In this document: piece after piece, positions 52,365 through 64,000 of the stretch
How positions within the stretch are numbered: position 1 is the first letter of the stretch
How the letters are laid out: each line of letters begins with the position of its first letter
NCBI GenBank assembly: GCA_013239625.1
Contig: MU053557.1
Location: 379,063 to 443,062 of the forward strand
Length of the DNA: 64,000 nucleotides
Reading direction: 5' to 3'
DNA from: Lama guanicoe
Lineage: Eukaryota
Notes under the pieces: generated by a model
Told to the model about the DNA's origin: nothing
Databases searched by the model: none
The model's input: only the letters and a program-made list of their open reading frames with translations
Program-made: the position numbers and the translations under genes

Positions 52365-52712
52365 AATGGAGTCTTTGGCGTAAAAATAGGAAAGTGATCC
52401 TGGATTATCCGGTTGAGCCCACTGTAATCACAAAGGCCATTATTAAAAGTGGATGAGGGAGTCAGAAGAGTAGAGTTAGAAGGAGCTGTGACTCTGAAGG
52501 GACTACCAGAAAGCTGCAGCGCTGCTCAGGAAGGGAACCAGAGCCAAGAAACGGGGCTCTCGAAGCTGGAAAAGGCAAGGAAATGGATTTTTCCTCTAGA
52601 GCCTCCAGAAAGGAACGTAACCCTGCCAAAACGTTGAGCTGGGTCTAACGAGACCCGGCTGAATTTCTAACCTACAGAACTGTAATGTAATAAATGTGTG
52701 TTGTTTAAAGCC
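52365..52712 (+). mobile_element. Partial MLT1D-like LTR
   Basis: atcctggattatccgg...tagagcctccagaaaggaac...aataaatgtgtgttgtttaaagcc; homologous to 14470-14991. Confidence 0.8.
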
Positions 52713-53344
52713 AAAAAGAAAAAAAAGAAAAAGGCAAATGGAGTGACACAGAATTGGGTTAGAATCTCAAGTCTAATCCAGGCCAGTTGTGTGGCCTTGG
52801 GCAGTCAGCTTTACCTTTATTTAAAAAAATGTTTTAAATTAATATACAGTGAAATTGACATTTTGGTACAGCTCTATGAATTTTGATGCATGTATAGATT
52901 TATGAAGCTACAGCTACCATTAAGCTGTAGGACAATTTTAGCAGCCCCTAAAACTTCCACACGCTTTCTCTTTGTATTGGTTACCCTTCCGCCATCCATT
53001 ATCCATGGTGACCACTGAGCTAGTCTCCATCACTAGAATTTTGCCTTTCCAAAAATGTCACATACGTGAATCAGACAGTGAGCAGCCTCTTAACACTAGT
53101 TTATTTCATTAAGAATAATGCCTTCGAGAATCTCCAAGTTGTTGCCATATTAATAGCTTGCTCCTTTCAAATGCAGTTCCTTCCAAATACTCCCATTGTA
53201 CGGATGTAACACACCTTGTTAAGCCATTTCTCTGTTGAAGGACATTTGAGTTGTTTCAAATTTTTGGTGATTATGAACTAAGCTGCTATGAAAAACATTT
53301 GTGTATCGGTTTTTGGGTGGACATATGTTTTCATTTCTCTAGAG

Positions 53345-53549
53345 CAGGGGATAGTCAGCTTTTTCTGTACAGAGCCATGCAGTAGCTATTTTAGCTTTGT
53401 GGGCCATGAAGTTTCTGTTGCAACTAGTGTAAAAGCAGCCATAGACAATACATAAAGGAGCCGATATGGCTGTGTTCCAATAAAACTTTATTTACAGAAA
53501 TAAGCAGTGTACTGGATTTCACCTGGGGGTCACAATTTGCCAATCCACG
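53345..53549. mobile_element. hAT-Charlie MITE, MER58A-like
   Basis: cagggg...aaagcagccatagacaata...tggctgtgttccaataaaactttatttaca...ttgccaatcc; inserted after ctctagag, a hAT-type 8-bp target. Confidence 0.88.
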
Positions 53550-54337
53550 CTCTGCTATAAATACCCAGGAGTGGGATTGCTGGGTCAGATTATTGGTCTA
53601 TTTGTAACTTTGTGATAAGATGCCCACCATTTTTGAGAGTGCTCTATTTTGAATTACTGTCAGCATGTGTAAGAGTTCCAGTTGTTCTACATTCTTGTCA
53701 ACACTTGGTACTGTCAGTGTCTTTAACTTTAGCCATTCTAATGGGTACTCAGTGGTATTCCATAGTGGCACTCATTTGCATTTCCTAATGGCTGATGAAG
53801 TTCAACATCTTTTCTCATGCTTATTGGCCATCCCCATATTCTCTTTGCTAACGTGTCTGATTGACTCTCCTGTTCAGTCTTTAATTGGGTAGGTGGTTTT
53901 CTCGTCGGTGAATTTTGAGATTTCTTTACATATTCTGGACAGAAGTCCTTTTTGGAATATATTATTCACAAATATTTTCTCCTGGTCTGTGTCTTGTCTT
54001 TTTATTCGCTTGACAGTGTCTTTTGCAAATAAAAATTTCTAATTTTGGTGTACTCCAAATGTTTTCATTTGCTTTTGGTGTTATTTCTAAGATCTTTGGC
54101 CTAACCCCAGGTCATAAAGATTTTCTCAAACGTTTTCTTCTGAAAGTTTCACAGCTCTCCATTTTACATGTAGGTCTGTGTAAATGGACCTGCCATTCAT
54201 CTTAAGTCTTTCATAGGAAGTATAAGGTTTATTCTTCCACATATGTAAGCGCAAATTGTTCCAGCACCATTTGTTGAACAGACTCTTTTGTTTCCACATT
54301 AACTGCCTTTGCAGGTTCAGCAAAAATGAACTAGCCA

Positions 54338-54599
54338 ACTGCAGTGTGGTATCCTGGATTAGATTCTGGGACACCAAAAGGATATTAGTAGGAAAATTGT
54401 GGTAAAATCAAATAAAGTTAAGAGCTTCGTCAATAGCACTGTACCACTGTTAATTTCTTAGTTTTGCAAAATGTGCCATGGAAGTGTGAGATGTTAACAT
54501 TAAGGGAAACTGGAAGAGGGGCATGTGGCAATTCTGATTTATCTTTGCAACTTTTCAATCAATCTACAATTATTCCAAAATAAAAAGTTTATTTAAGAA
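54338..54599 (+). mobile_element. L1MC-type 3' end inserted opposite to its host L1
   Basis: gtggtatcctggatt...gttaatttcttagttttg...atgttaacatt...atctttgcaacttttc...attattccaaaataaaaagtt. Confidence 0.8.
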
Positions 54600-55630
54600 G
54601 TCGATTGGCCATATTTTTGTGGGCCTGTTTCTGGACTCTCCATTCTGTTCCGTTGATCTGTGTGTCTCCCTCTTTGCCAACTGCACATTATCTTGATCAC
54701 TGCGGTGGCGTTGCTGCTGCTGAACAATTTTCAAACTTCATTTTGTTTGTGAATCTCCCCTGCAGACTAGAAACTCTCCAAGGACAGGCACACACACAGA
54801 AGCTGAGTCCCAGTTTACCACTGAGTCCCTAGTGCCATGTCTGGCATACGGACAGTACTCTATACAAACTCTTTTGTCAAACGAATTTAAAAATGAATCC
54901 TGGTGACGCATCTTTTCCCATATCATCTGTTCCTTCTGTCCTATGGGGCTTATAATCTCACTGTCAAGGAGCTCCAGGTCAAAGTATGCCAAGAGCCTAA
55001 CATGCTCGCCAGGGAGAGGGTGCAGGTAAAGCTCTTAGCATAAACATGAAACATGGTACATGTTCAGCAAATGTTAGCCTTAGCTGCTATTTTGAGTCAT
55101 TAAAAAAAAACAGATTTAAAATTTTCATTTGCCCCCCGAAGTATTTGATTCATTCCTTCATTCACTAAATACTTATCCATTTGAGAGGATTGATGGCCTT
55201 TGTACTATAAGCCATGCATTTTGCTAGGAGCTGGAGACACAGCAGAGCACAGGGCGGATACCATCCTGCCCTCGAGTAAATTATTTGAATGAGCATTCCA
55301 AACAATTTACTCCACGTGTCCAAACCTAACGCATGGCGGAGCCCGTAGTCCATGTGGGATATGCATTTGCTTTAAAAGCAAAACTCATCTTTATCTTTAA
55401 AAAAAAAAACCCTAGATGCTGACATGGTAGATGTGTGCTAATTCGCATAGCTATCACTTATCATGTAGTTTCCAAGTATGTGTGAAATATGGAAGAGGAA
55501 AGAGCTAATTCTGGAAGAGCTGTCAAGGGGACCAAGAAGGAATGGTAGCTTTCGGAGTTCTAGCTCCAGGATGTGATTGCTGGGTTTTTGTTTTTGTTTT
55601 TTCCCATTGTAATATAATGTGCAGGGTGGT

Positions 55631-55634
<4 letters not shown>

Positions 55635-55667
<33 letters not shown>

Positions 55668-55676
55668 CACACACAC
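55635..55676. repeat. Compound (TC)n(AC)n microsatellite
   Basis: About 14 TC units followed by about 6 AC units. Confidence 0.95.
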
Positions 55677-57239
55677 CTTTCTACCAACCATACTTCCTTA
55701 ATGTAATTAGTGACTGTGATTCTTATCATTGTCTTCAACTCTCAACCAAAAATGCGAGGAACAGGTATATTCAGTGATTCTCTTACCATCTGTGGACAAT
55801 TATTTTCAAGCCCAACTTCAGGTAGCTTAAGGAGATTCCCTTATTTAATAATCTCTTCTCATTCTACGTCAAACTTTCCCCTTCCTGCACCACTGCTTTC
55901 GTGGATCTATTCCTCAGCTTCTGTAATCGTCATGTAAGAACCCGAAGAGGCTCTTCAGTCCCTTCCTTCTGATTGAATTAGGCAATAAGTAAGCACATCT
56001 GATTTCTGCCTTGTGTTGTCCCCCCTGGCAAGGACGAGATGGAGTTATGCACTTGAGGAAGTTAATTAGGCATTTTCCTCTTTTAAATATGCTTTTCCTC
56101 TTTTAAATATGCCCTGCATCTGGAATACTTTGATCTCAGTCAAACTGCGTCCTCAGCTAATTAACAGCAAAACAGTTCAGAAACTGTGTTGGCTGTTGGA
56201 AATAAATAGTTTCCCGGCAAAGCCAGCTCATGATCCATGGGCCACCACAGCCTCTGAAACCAATTTCCTGCAAAGACAAAGACAAACTGCTTTTTCTGAA
56301 TATCTGCCTCTGAGATGCATTAATTCTATTTACAGTGATAAAATCTCCCCAGTGGAACAGCCCTCAGATCCTGGAACCATACGGTAAACACAGCAAGCTG
56401 ACTGATCGCCACCGTCTGTCCCTGTTAACCAGACCCAAACACGCAGCCTGTCTCATCAGCTCCAGGATCAGCACACCCAATAAAGTTCGCCATTATTATG
56501 GATGCGGGACTTCACATCAGTCACATAATTTGGAAAGAAATCATGCGTTTGGGGAAGTTTCTGGAAGCACAGCCACCTCAGCAGCCTGGTGCTGATATTT
56601 AATAAATACCATACCACCAGTTTTGTAGACGTTCATCTTCTCTACGTCACCCCGGAGAAAAGCCTAACTTTAAAGGCCAAATAGTACTTACGGGGAAATT
56701 ACAAATTCCTCACGCCCAGCCATGCTTTCGGCTGGCCAATGTTTAGTTTGCAAAATGCACTGGTCGTAACTCCTTCTTTTTGTTCATAGCATAGCAAGGG
56801 CAACTCTCCAGTGACCGTGGATGGCCAATACTAACTACACTGGTGTGAGGAAATTTATGTTAGTCAGCACACAGTCCCCGTGCTGAAAGATAAGTCAACC
56901 AGTAGACCCTGAGGAGCTACCAGCTACAGGATGAAGGCTCCATTAAAGAAGAGAAAAGTCTATTGAGCACTATCATTGGTTGGCAGGCAAGAAAACTGGC
57001 AGACTGGCCGGTTGGTTGGTTAACTCATTCAATGATTGATTTGACAATTACTAATTAAGACATTTGAGGCACGGAGCCAGGTGCTGGTATGCGATGGGCA
57101 GCCAAAGGCAGACACAAAAATGCCTTGTGATAAAATCCCTCATTTACCTCCATGGCGGTTCAACCATCCAGCCGACAACAACTGAACACCTGCTGTGTGC
57201 CCAGCACCACATTTGTGTTTAGGTAAGGGAAGTTAGCAG

Positions 57240-57470
57240 CTAACAACCATTACGCACTTACTGTATCCCATTCTATAGGCTTTCCATGTATTTATGTATT
57301 TAATCCTCACGTAAAATATCCATCTTATAAGGAAGGTGTATTTTTGGTACCCAGTTTGCAAATGAGGAAATACAGCACAGTAAGTTGCTCAAGGTCACAC
57401 TACCAGTGAATGGTGGGTCCAGGTTTGCACTTGGGCTGTGTGGTTCCGCAGCTCACCACGCAATCAAACC
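57240..57470 (-). mobile_element. MIR SINE
   Basis: atttaatcctcac...tttgcaaatgaggaaa...ttgctcaaggtcacac. Confidence 0.75.
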
Positions 57471-57674
57471 CAGAGAAGGCAGAACACCAAGTTTCTGTTC
57501 TAGAAGACCCTACCATTGATCTGGGAAGTCAACATTACTAACACAAAACAAACAGAATGTATTTTCAGAGTCGTGTGTGCATAACTGTGGTTTGTGGTTT
57601 AAAAGTAGTTCTAAAGGGATGTGGCGTAAGGTGTGGTCAGATGGGACAGGGCAGGTCCTGAACGGCTCCATCGC

Positions 57675-57880
57675 TTTACGTCTAACAATGAGAGGCACGG
57701 GCTTTGGAAGCACTTGGGTTCAAACGCTCCTCTATCACCCACCTCTGTCACCCTCACCTCTTTATGTCACATGCCCCCATCTACAATACAGATGCTGCCA
57801 CACTTACACTAAGGGCGATGGTGAAGACCAAGCAAAATAACACATGTAAGGTCTGGTACCTAACAAGCGCCAAGCTGATG
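57675..57880 (+). mobile_element. MIR SINE
   Basis: gcacgggctttggaag...tgggttcaaa...cccatctacaat. Confidence 0.6.
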
Positions 57881-60104
57881 CTATATCTTGAGACGAAAGG
57901 TTTTCACGTGGATCTTAGCAATTTTAATGTGTGCAGATTGGCAAAGAAAGGGCAAGAGAGTGGGGACAGATGGGTCATGTGTACAGAGACACAGAATCAG
58001 AAAGACGCCAGACATTCTCTGTCTCAGCCTACTAAGCTCATTCCCCCTTCCTCACTCTTGGCTGCTCACAATCATTCTGGATGTCCTGGACTCTATCATA
58101 GAATCTGTGATAAGATACACGTATGTACATATGCACATACAGAGAGAAACAGTAAGACACCCAAACCTGTACTTAAAGGACTTAAAATTTAATCCTGATC
58201 AAGGCAGACAGTGTCTTGCCTAAACTCATCGCTAGCAGGTGAGTAAGCCCTCAGGAAAGCCTGTATCAAGTGCATTTCAGCATTAGCAACGTTTAGTAAT
58301 TCACTGGCCCATCGTGCTAGCTGGAACCCCCATTTCCAGAAATAATGAAAGCAGTTTCCAGTCCAGTTAGGCAACCAAACTGACAGTATTTGTAGAATGC
58401 TTACTCCTTGCCTAACGCCGGGCTTGGTCCTTCCTTCTTCCTAGAGAATTAGGCGGATATTGTAGGAATCTGGTTAATTGCCCATGAATGTGCAACGTGG
58501 AACGGTTTACACGGCAAGTACTGGCTGAGGCCAGTGAAACAGAACACGTGCTCTCCAGCCATTCATTGCAAAATAGTAGAACAGGAGTGATAGGTACACG
58601 TATGACAGCCGTGCCTTATGAGCCAGTGTTTTACCCATGAGCCCTGATCATTTCCAATGGGTAGTATTTCTTTTTATTTTGCTTTTCAAATATTGTTCGC
58701 TGGTCTCCAATGCTCAACTTACGGTCGGAATGGGAGTTTATAATTGCTAAACAAAACAGATGCAAATCTCACCTAACTTAAGAGAAGCTATTTAGGAAAT
58801 ATTAATGAGAAGCATTTGAGAATCTACCCAGGACAGGGTAGAAGCTTTTGCTGGACTCAAGAGAATGGGGTCAGTTTTCAAATAATGTATGTTCTGGGAC
58901 CTGGAGTGCACTGTTGGGCTGGTACAATGTCACACCGACTCATCATTTCTCCAATTAACTCCAGTTAGATAAAGTTACAGTATTTGCTATCAACAACTGG
59001 CACTTTTGAATTCAGTTTGAGATCTCAAATGTGGTTTATGTATGGGGCATTTCAACAAAGCATTGTCACCAGGACACAATAAACAGAAGATAACTTTTAA
59101 GTGAAATGGGAAACAAAGCAGGGCCCTGGGAGTCAGAAGAAATTTTAGAAGGCATCCAGTCCAAACCTTTACAGTAGACCTTATGCAAGGTTTCTTGTGG
59201 AACATTGTTCAGTTCTTATTGTCAAAAGCAGGGGGAGGCTTTTGGTCCTTTCATTAAGTCTCAGAAATTGGTTTCACTGAGCTGTACAAAAGAGTTACCT
59301 TTGTAACAGCTTTGGTCAAGTCTCCTTGGAGTCAGCTCTGGATGATGTTGGAGGCCCAGAGAATGAACATAATTAGTCCTAGAGAATGAACATAATTACA
59401 CTGATATCAATAGAAACACACAAGAGTGACCCTAATAAATAGTGTTTGGTGACAAATGCTATGTCGGAACTTAACACACAATGGAAGCCGGGCATGGTTC
59501 CCGTCTGGGAGCATCTGATAAGATGTTACGAGCTCTGCCTCCAAGAGTTTAAGATTGATGGTAGACTGTCAACCCTGGAGTGTTCCAAGTGCTTTTTTGA
59601 TTCTGTGTTGCAAAAATTCAAGTCAATATGTTAGTCTTTGGTTGGTTGTTTACTCAGGGTGTTGAACACGGTTGATATTTTTGCCGTGTGTAAAACTGAG
59701 ACGGAGCCACGGCTCACCTTGGTAGTTACTAGACTTCCAGTGGGAATCTATGAGCCCATTTATTCTCAGATTTAAAGCCAGTTTAAAACTTGAACACTTC
59801 CTGTTCAAACACTCTTCAGGTGAAGAGCCACTGTGCAGACTGCGTACCCTCCACATTTTCTGAGGAAGTCAGGCCCTAGCCAGGTTGGCTGTAGCACGGG
59901 GCACAGTTTCCAGCTCAGAGATACCTACCGATGTCCAAGATGGGGGCCATTCGGGATGAGAACGGCTTTGACGTCAGATCCATCTGCAGTTAGGATCCAG
60001 TTGCTAAGCGACCTCTTTGAGTCCCATTTTCCTTATCTTGGAGGCACTTTCTTTTGGAGGAGTGATACCTAAGTGCATTCAGGTATGTGATGGACACACA
60101 GTAA

Positions 60105-60395
60105 GCCACAGAGCGTGGTTGGCAGGCATGCAGACAGCTGAGGGCACACAGACCGGGTTTCTATCCTCAGGTCTGCCACTTACTAGGTTGTCACCGTAAA
60201 CTCGTGGTTTATGTTCTCTGAGCCTCAGTTTCCCCCTCTGGAAAAGGGGTCACACAACAGTAACTCAAAAGGCTATGGTGAGAATAGAACCGTATTAGCG
60301 GAAAATGCATGAAAATCATGGGGATGCTGTTTTGCGTGTCCCCAAAGTGCCTTGCCGAGCGCCCAGCACGGAAATACTTCTTCAGTGATGGGCTG
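60105..60395 (+). mobile_element. MIR SINE, near full length
   Basis: tctgccacttactag...ctctgagcctcagtttccccctctggaaaagggg. Confidence 0.8.
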
Positions 60396-60944
60396 ACAAA
60401 CTGAATATACCAAGATTCTGGGCTGGGGATTTTCAAGGATTTCTAGAGATTTCTCTTGCAGATAGACTGGAGGAATGCCAATGGGAAACGTGCCACGGGG
60501 TGGAGGCGGGAGAGGAGGGGAGAGATCTTCACTTCTGCTGCTCTTTCTTTTCTTCTTCGAGGGATGACTGTGGGATGCCGGTGTCGGACCACTGCTTTAG
60601 CATCAGTGACAGCCCTTAATGTTATGAACAAGTAAAACCAGAGACCTAGTGGCTCATTTTAAAACCTATCATTCCCCCACTTCCACTCAGTAATTCCCTT
60701 GAGCATCATCCTCCATGAATAACAGCGTAGATTTGTTCTTAGGGGCTTATGTATTTTCTCGGTAAATTTGGGGCAATACTTAAAAAAAAGAACCAGGTGA
60801 AATTTAGGTGATAGGCATCTCCTTGAGGTCCCATGTTTCCATTTTCCAAAGTGATCCCCTTGCCTTGTGATTTCATCAGGAAAGACTGTTAGTTTCGAAC
60901 AGTCAGGAACTAGATATCACAAAGCAGCCTGTGCTCAAGGCGGG

Positions 60945-61190
60945 GGCTCTGCAAGTTGAGAAGCTCTGGCTTCCAACCTCAGCCCTGCCGCTTCCTAGCG
61001 TTTGACCTTGGGCCGGCAGCCACTTAACCCCCTTAGCTTCAGCGTCCTAATTCCTGAAACAGGGATACCCGAAGCCACTCCCTGGGGCTGTTTTGCAGAT
61101 TCCCGGAATGGCTGGCACATAAGGTGCCTAAAACATCTTGACATGAAGGTCGACAAATGCCAGTCATCATCATTGTAATTAGCTACTATC
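60945..61190 (+). mobile_element. MIR SINE
   Basis: ccctgccgcttcctagc...tgaccttggg...cacttaacc...cttcagcgtcct. Confidence 0.7.
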
Positions 61191-61699
61191 CCAAAGCCGC
61201 CTTTCTCTTGAGACCAATGAAGTCAAAGGTTGTTAAATGTTATCCTAATAGGATTCTTGCAGCCCGATATTGTCCACTTCATCTTTCTTAAGAATGGTCA
61301 TCTGTCAGATAGGCCCATCTGAGGATCATAGTGTACTCCTGAGAACACAAGGAGCCATTGCTTCCTGTGACGCCTGAGCAGGAAAAAAACAAAAAACAAA
61401 AAACAAAAAAACCACCAACTTCATCCCTACCTGAAAACTGCTCTGGGCAGATGTTTCCCGAAGGAGACTCAGTGTGGGGCAGAGCAATAAGGAGCAAGGA
61501 TGTGCATTCAGGCAGAAACTTGGCGTCCACCCACGGCAGGACTGCACATGAAGCTCTTTCTTGTGAGCCCCATCTGGTACTCATTAGCCCGTTTCCTGTC
61601 TCCTGCGCGCTCATGTACACTGCGAGCACTGTATGAATTTATGCTCGCCTGAGTCTGCCTTTTTAAAAGAGGGCCTCTTTCTTCTGCAATCCCCACGGA

Positions 61700-61880
61700 G
61701 ATGGAGAGCAGTGACTTCAGAGTCAATTAGACCTGCGTTCAAATATTCATTCCACCCCTTACCATCTAGGTCATGGAACCTCTTTGAACTTCGCTTTTCT
61801 CATCTGTGAATTAGAGAGTTAACATGTGTAAAGGGCTTAGTCAAGGGTTGACACGTAATAAACACTCAATAAACATTAAC
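61700..61880 (+). mobile_element. MIR SINE
   Basis: agacctgcgttcaaat...ttttctcatctgtgaa...tgtaaagggcttag...cactcaataaacatta. Confidence 0.75.
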
Positions 61881-62238
61881 TCTGTCCTGAGGACCTGCCT
61901 TAGAAACAGTGGTGGTGGGCAGACTAAGACACAGTGATAAGAATGACTCTCTTTGGGCCAAAATAGCTACTGTCAGAGAACCACCCCCTCCCCAACTATT
62001 CTCAGGAATTACTGCACCGTCTTAGCATCCATGTAGGATAATCCAACTCTAAAACCCAAAGCCACTTTGGCTCTTTGGAACAATCTCATAATCTCTTAAT
62101 TTTATGAAATAACTTTAACTCAGATAAAATTGAGGAAGACAACCCCAAGCGGCCCCTTGAAAAGAATCAAGGGAGGGAAGGAAGCACTATTTCCCAGCAG
62201 CAAAAGGAACTCAAAAAAGATATTTTAAAACGTTTTCT

Positions 62239-62785
62239 CATAGCAGCACTATTTCAAATAGCCAAGACATGGAAACAGCCTGAATGTCCATCAACAGGTG
62301 ACTGGATAAAGAAGGTGTGGTATATTTATACGATGGAATACTACTCAGCCATAAAAACCGACAACATAACGCCATTTGCAGCAACATGGATGCTCCTAGA
62401 GAATGTCATTCTAAGTGAAGTAAGCCAGAAAGAGAAAGAAAAATACCATATGAGATCGCTCATATGTGGAATCTAAAAAGCAAAAACAAAAAAAAGCATA
62501 AATACAAAACAGAAATAGACTCATAGACATAGAATACAAACTTGTGGTTGCCAAGGGGGTGAAGGGTGGGAAGGGATAGACGGGATTTTAAAATTGTAGA
62601 ATAGATAAACAAGATTACACTGTAAAGCACAGGGAAATATACACAAGATCTTATGGTAGCTCACAGAGAAAAAAATGTGACAACGAATATATATATGTTC
62701 ATGTATGACTGAAAAATTGTGCTCTACACTGGAATTTGACACAACATTGTAAAACAATTATAAATCAAAAAAAAGTTAAAAAAAA
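62239..62785 (+). mobile_element. Young 5'-truncated LINE-1: open ORF2 C-terminus, 3' UTR and A-rich tail
   Basis: 62240-62476 translates without interruption to IAALFQIAKTWKQPECPSTGDWIKKVWYIYTMEYYSAIK...ILSEVSQKEKEKYHMRSLICGI*, the L1 ORF2p C-terminus. Imperfect TSD aaaacgttttct / aaaccattttct. Confidence 0.95.
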
Positions 62786-64000
62786 CCATTTTCTGTCACT
62801 AAAGAAATTATGAAGTGAAACAGATGCCCTGATATTACATTCCACAACTCTGCTGTGTCCCCATCACCATCTTTTAATTTTTTTCCCTAAAATGGTTTCT
62901 TTCTAGATTGCTGGTTAAGGAATAAAACACTGGGGACAGCCTTTCCTAGCTGCTGAGAAGTTTTGTGCTTCAGAAGAAGGCTAGCTACGTTCTCCACTGC
63001 ACTGATGTATGGCTTTTCCAAATTATTTAGAAGTCATATATGAGTATGCAGAACACACAAGTGGGATTTCAATGATTGTTCAAAATATTTCTGTATCCAG
63101 CCTCTTTCTTCTGGGCTCTTTACAGCCAGGCCCAGGTGAGACAGCCAGCTTCATGAGTAGAGGTTGTCTGAGAATTATGGTGGCTCTGAGCTCAGAGACC
63201 TCACAGCCATCTGGAACACCTTTCAATGTTACAGTGGTTGTTAACATCCGGGGAGTTACGGATTTCTTCATGAAGCCGTGAAGCACCTCCCAGAAACACG
63301 CACATGTGTATAGGCTCACACACAATCTTGAATCGGCTTCCAAGAGGGCTCGCTGAGGCATCTCCAGACTTCTAAGTCATCAAGTCTGCAGGTGAAGATG
63401 TCCTGCTGTGGCCTTGGGCTAGTACCATCCAAAGGCCTGGCAATCAGGGTCCTGCCAGTTCTGAAGTTTATAAAGACCCACTCTGGCTCTTTCCTGGCTT
63501 TCCACAACGAGACGAGGAGTCCACAAAGCACCAGCCATGCAGCCATCTCTAGGCCACTCTCTGGGGGCCTGGGACCCAGCTTTTACAGCCTGTTTTACAG
63601 GTCTCTTTTCAGAGTTTGCCATCACTGGGGTACACCATGTCCCAGAGTGCATTCCTCTGGGAGGCTGTTCTCTTTGTGATGGGTACAGAGCTTGAATGTT
63701 TAGGATGGGTGTCCACACACAGAAGTTAAATCCCCTCCCAGTACAGAAGAGAAGCAAGAAAAAAAAAAAAGGAAGAGGTGTGGACTTTGGGCCTGGGCCC
63801 TCCATCTGCACTCTTGTCCAACATCCAGGGAAGGGCCAGGCCTGGCCTTTGCACGTGCTCTTTCACCCTCTCTTGGCTAATTCCTACTCAACCTCTAAGA
63901 CACAGATTAGATGCTCTTTTCTCAGAGAGACATTCCTGGACCCTCAGTTTTAATTCCCTGGTTAATGGTTCACACCCTCTACTTCCTCTTCACAGCACTT

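Larger units (their letters stand above)
52830..54735 (-). mobile_element. Old LINE-1 (L1MB/MC-type) hosting two nested insertions
   Basis: L1 3' end at left; ttttagccattctaat and ttccagcaccatttgttgaa; resumes at about 54600 (tttctggactctccattctgttcc). Confidence 0.85.

Noticed and set aside
57704..58192. Longest ORF (162 aa)
   Set aside because: It has a non-ATG start inside a MIR relic and no recognisable protein features.
1..64000. ORF-track entries as protein-coding genes; prokaryotic operons, defence systems or CRISPR arrays
   Set aside because: The DNA is repeat-rich and mammalian. ORFs are short (at most 162 aa), overlap on both strands, often lie in repeats and match no protein I recognise apart from L1 fragments. 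There is no repeat-spacer array.

Overview
This is mammalian nuclear DNA, not prokaryotic. It is most likely camelid (camel, alpaca or llama), because four tRNA-derived SINEs of the Vic-1 type and artiodactyl/camelid-type L1 3' ends are present. The window is about 40-45% GC by eye, CpG-depleted, and looks intronic or intergenic. It is dominated by interspersed repeats of several ages: young SINE and L1 insertions with target-site duplications (TSDs), an ERV1-type solo LTR nested in an MLT1 LTR, other MaLR LTRs, hAT and Tigger non-autonomous elements, old L1M fragments, and many L2/MIR relics. I cannot support any protein-coding gene, RNA gene or CRISPR array. The ORF track looks like chance and repeat-derived ORFs; the only protein fragments I recognise are from LINE-1 ORF1p and ORF2p. 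I found no convincing undescribed biological system. The remaining leads are weak: splice-site-bounded candidate exons on both strands, motif clusters in repeat-poor DNA, non-B-DNA tracts, and a probably coincidental resemblance to Piccolo-type C2 domains at about 31-33 kb. Repeat names come from recalled consensus sequences, and boundaries of old elements are approximate.
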